Source: a virus
Taxonomy: Duplodnaviria; Heunggongvirae; Uroviricota; Caudoviricetes
Length of the DNA stretch: 64,000 nucleotides
Virus record (IMG/VR): IMGVR_UViG_3300037307_000441
Direction: 5' to 3' (one strand)
Both the position numbers and the translations under genes were made by a program. Below are positions 63,840 through 64,000 of the stretch, piece after piece; position 1 is the stretch's first letter, and each line of letters starts with the position of its first letter. The notes beneath the pieces are model-generated. The model was not told where the DNA came from, did not search any database, and was given only the letters and a program-made list of their open reading frames with translations.

Positions 63840-63925
63840 GGGTGAGTTCCTGAGTGGTCAAAGGGGCTTGTGCAGTAACACAGGTGGCTACGGTCTTCGG
63901 AGGTTCGAATCCCACCCTATCTACA
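63840..63925 (+). ncRNA. tRNA-Tyr-like element with non-canonical anticodon and T arms
   Basis: GGGTGAG-TT-CCT GAGTGGTCAAA GGG mirrors the bacterial tRNA-Tyr D-arm; anticodon region GCAGTAAC (GTA) folds only with 6- or 8-nt loop; TTCGAAT T-loop present but T-stem poorly paired. Confidence 0.25.
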
Positions 63926-64000
63926 TGAGAGACAATCGAATTAAAATACTTACATTTTTATTGGTATTAATATTCTTTTCAGGAATATTTATACGGTAAA

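Noticed and set aside
1-64000. Interpretation as a bacterial chromosome segment
   Set aside because: The window shows gene-to-gene overlaps, many tiny ORFans, dispersed tRNAs with repair enzymes, multi-copy ORFan families and intergenic repeats. It has no rRNA, no ribosomal proteins and no housekeeping operons. This fits a large virus or phage, or possibly an extremely reduced symbiont, better than a free-living bacterium. It is kept as an inference, not proven.
1-64000. Integrase, transposase, IS elements, att sites
   Set aside because: No recombinase-like ORF or terminal inverted repeats were found, so no mobile element is called.

Overview
This is an AT-rich, densely coded 64-kb window of mostly short genes, predominantly on the + strand with a few minus-strand blocks, and no rRNA, integrase or recognisable virion, replication or packaging core genes.

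Gene content:
- Many small ORFan genes.
- At least seven canonical tRNAs scattered singly and in one cluster: Leu-TAA x2, Leu-TAG, Met-CAT, Asn-GTT, Arg-TCT, Ser-TGA.
- A PTH2-type peptidyl-tRNA hydrolase, a CCA/polyA-type nucleotidyltransferase and an aaRS-like fragment.
- Auxiliary metabolic genes: PyrB, RmlC, an FKBP isomerase, GGCT, an M42 peptidase, a hotdog thioesterase, an NQO-like flavoprotein, a dNMP nucleotidase and a DnaQ exonuclease.
- Peptidoglycan enzymes: NlpC/P60 and RlpA.
- A few visibly GC-richer host-like envelope genes: a TonB-dependent receptor, an SPFH protein and a LamG lipoprotein.

This reads best as an accessory region of a large (jumbo-type) phage or other large virus. 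The host is likely Bacteroidota, because many genes are preceded by the Bacteroidetes-type promoter TTTG-N20-TAnnTTTG, here almost always TATCTTTG.

Most interesting unexplained signal:
1. Aberrant tRNA-like genes: intact acceptor and T-arms, but ~90-100 nt internal insertions or non-canonical anticodon arms.
2. A GC-richer, ORF-free tail (62.1-64.0 kb) packed with promoter-driven hairpin units and a promoter- and terminator-bounded ~170-nt ncRNA.
3. A 30-bp intergenic repeat present four times (58.5-60.2 kb).
4. An extended, nearly invariant promoter in the 55-63.5 kb block.
5. A paralogous family of small proteins sharing an N-terminal MKYLKxFEDF-like motif and a C-terminal KCDQxxG motif.

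All calls come from reading the sequence and ORF translations. No database search was run.
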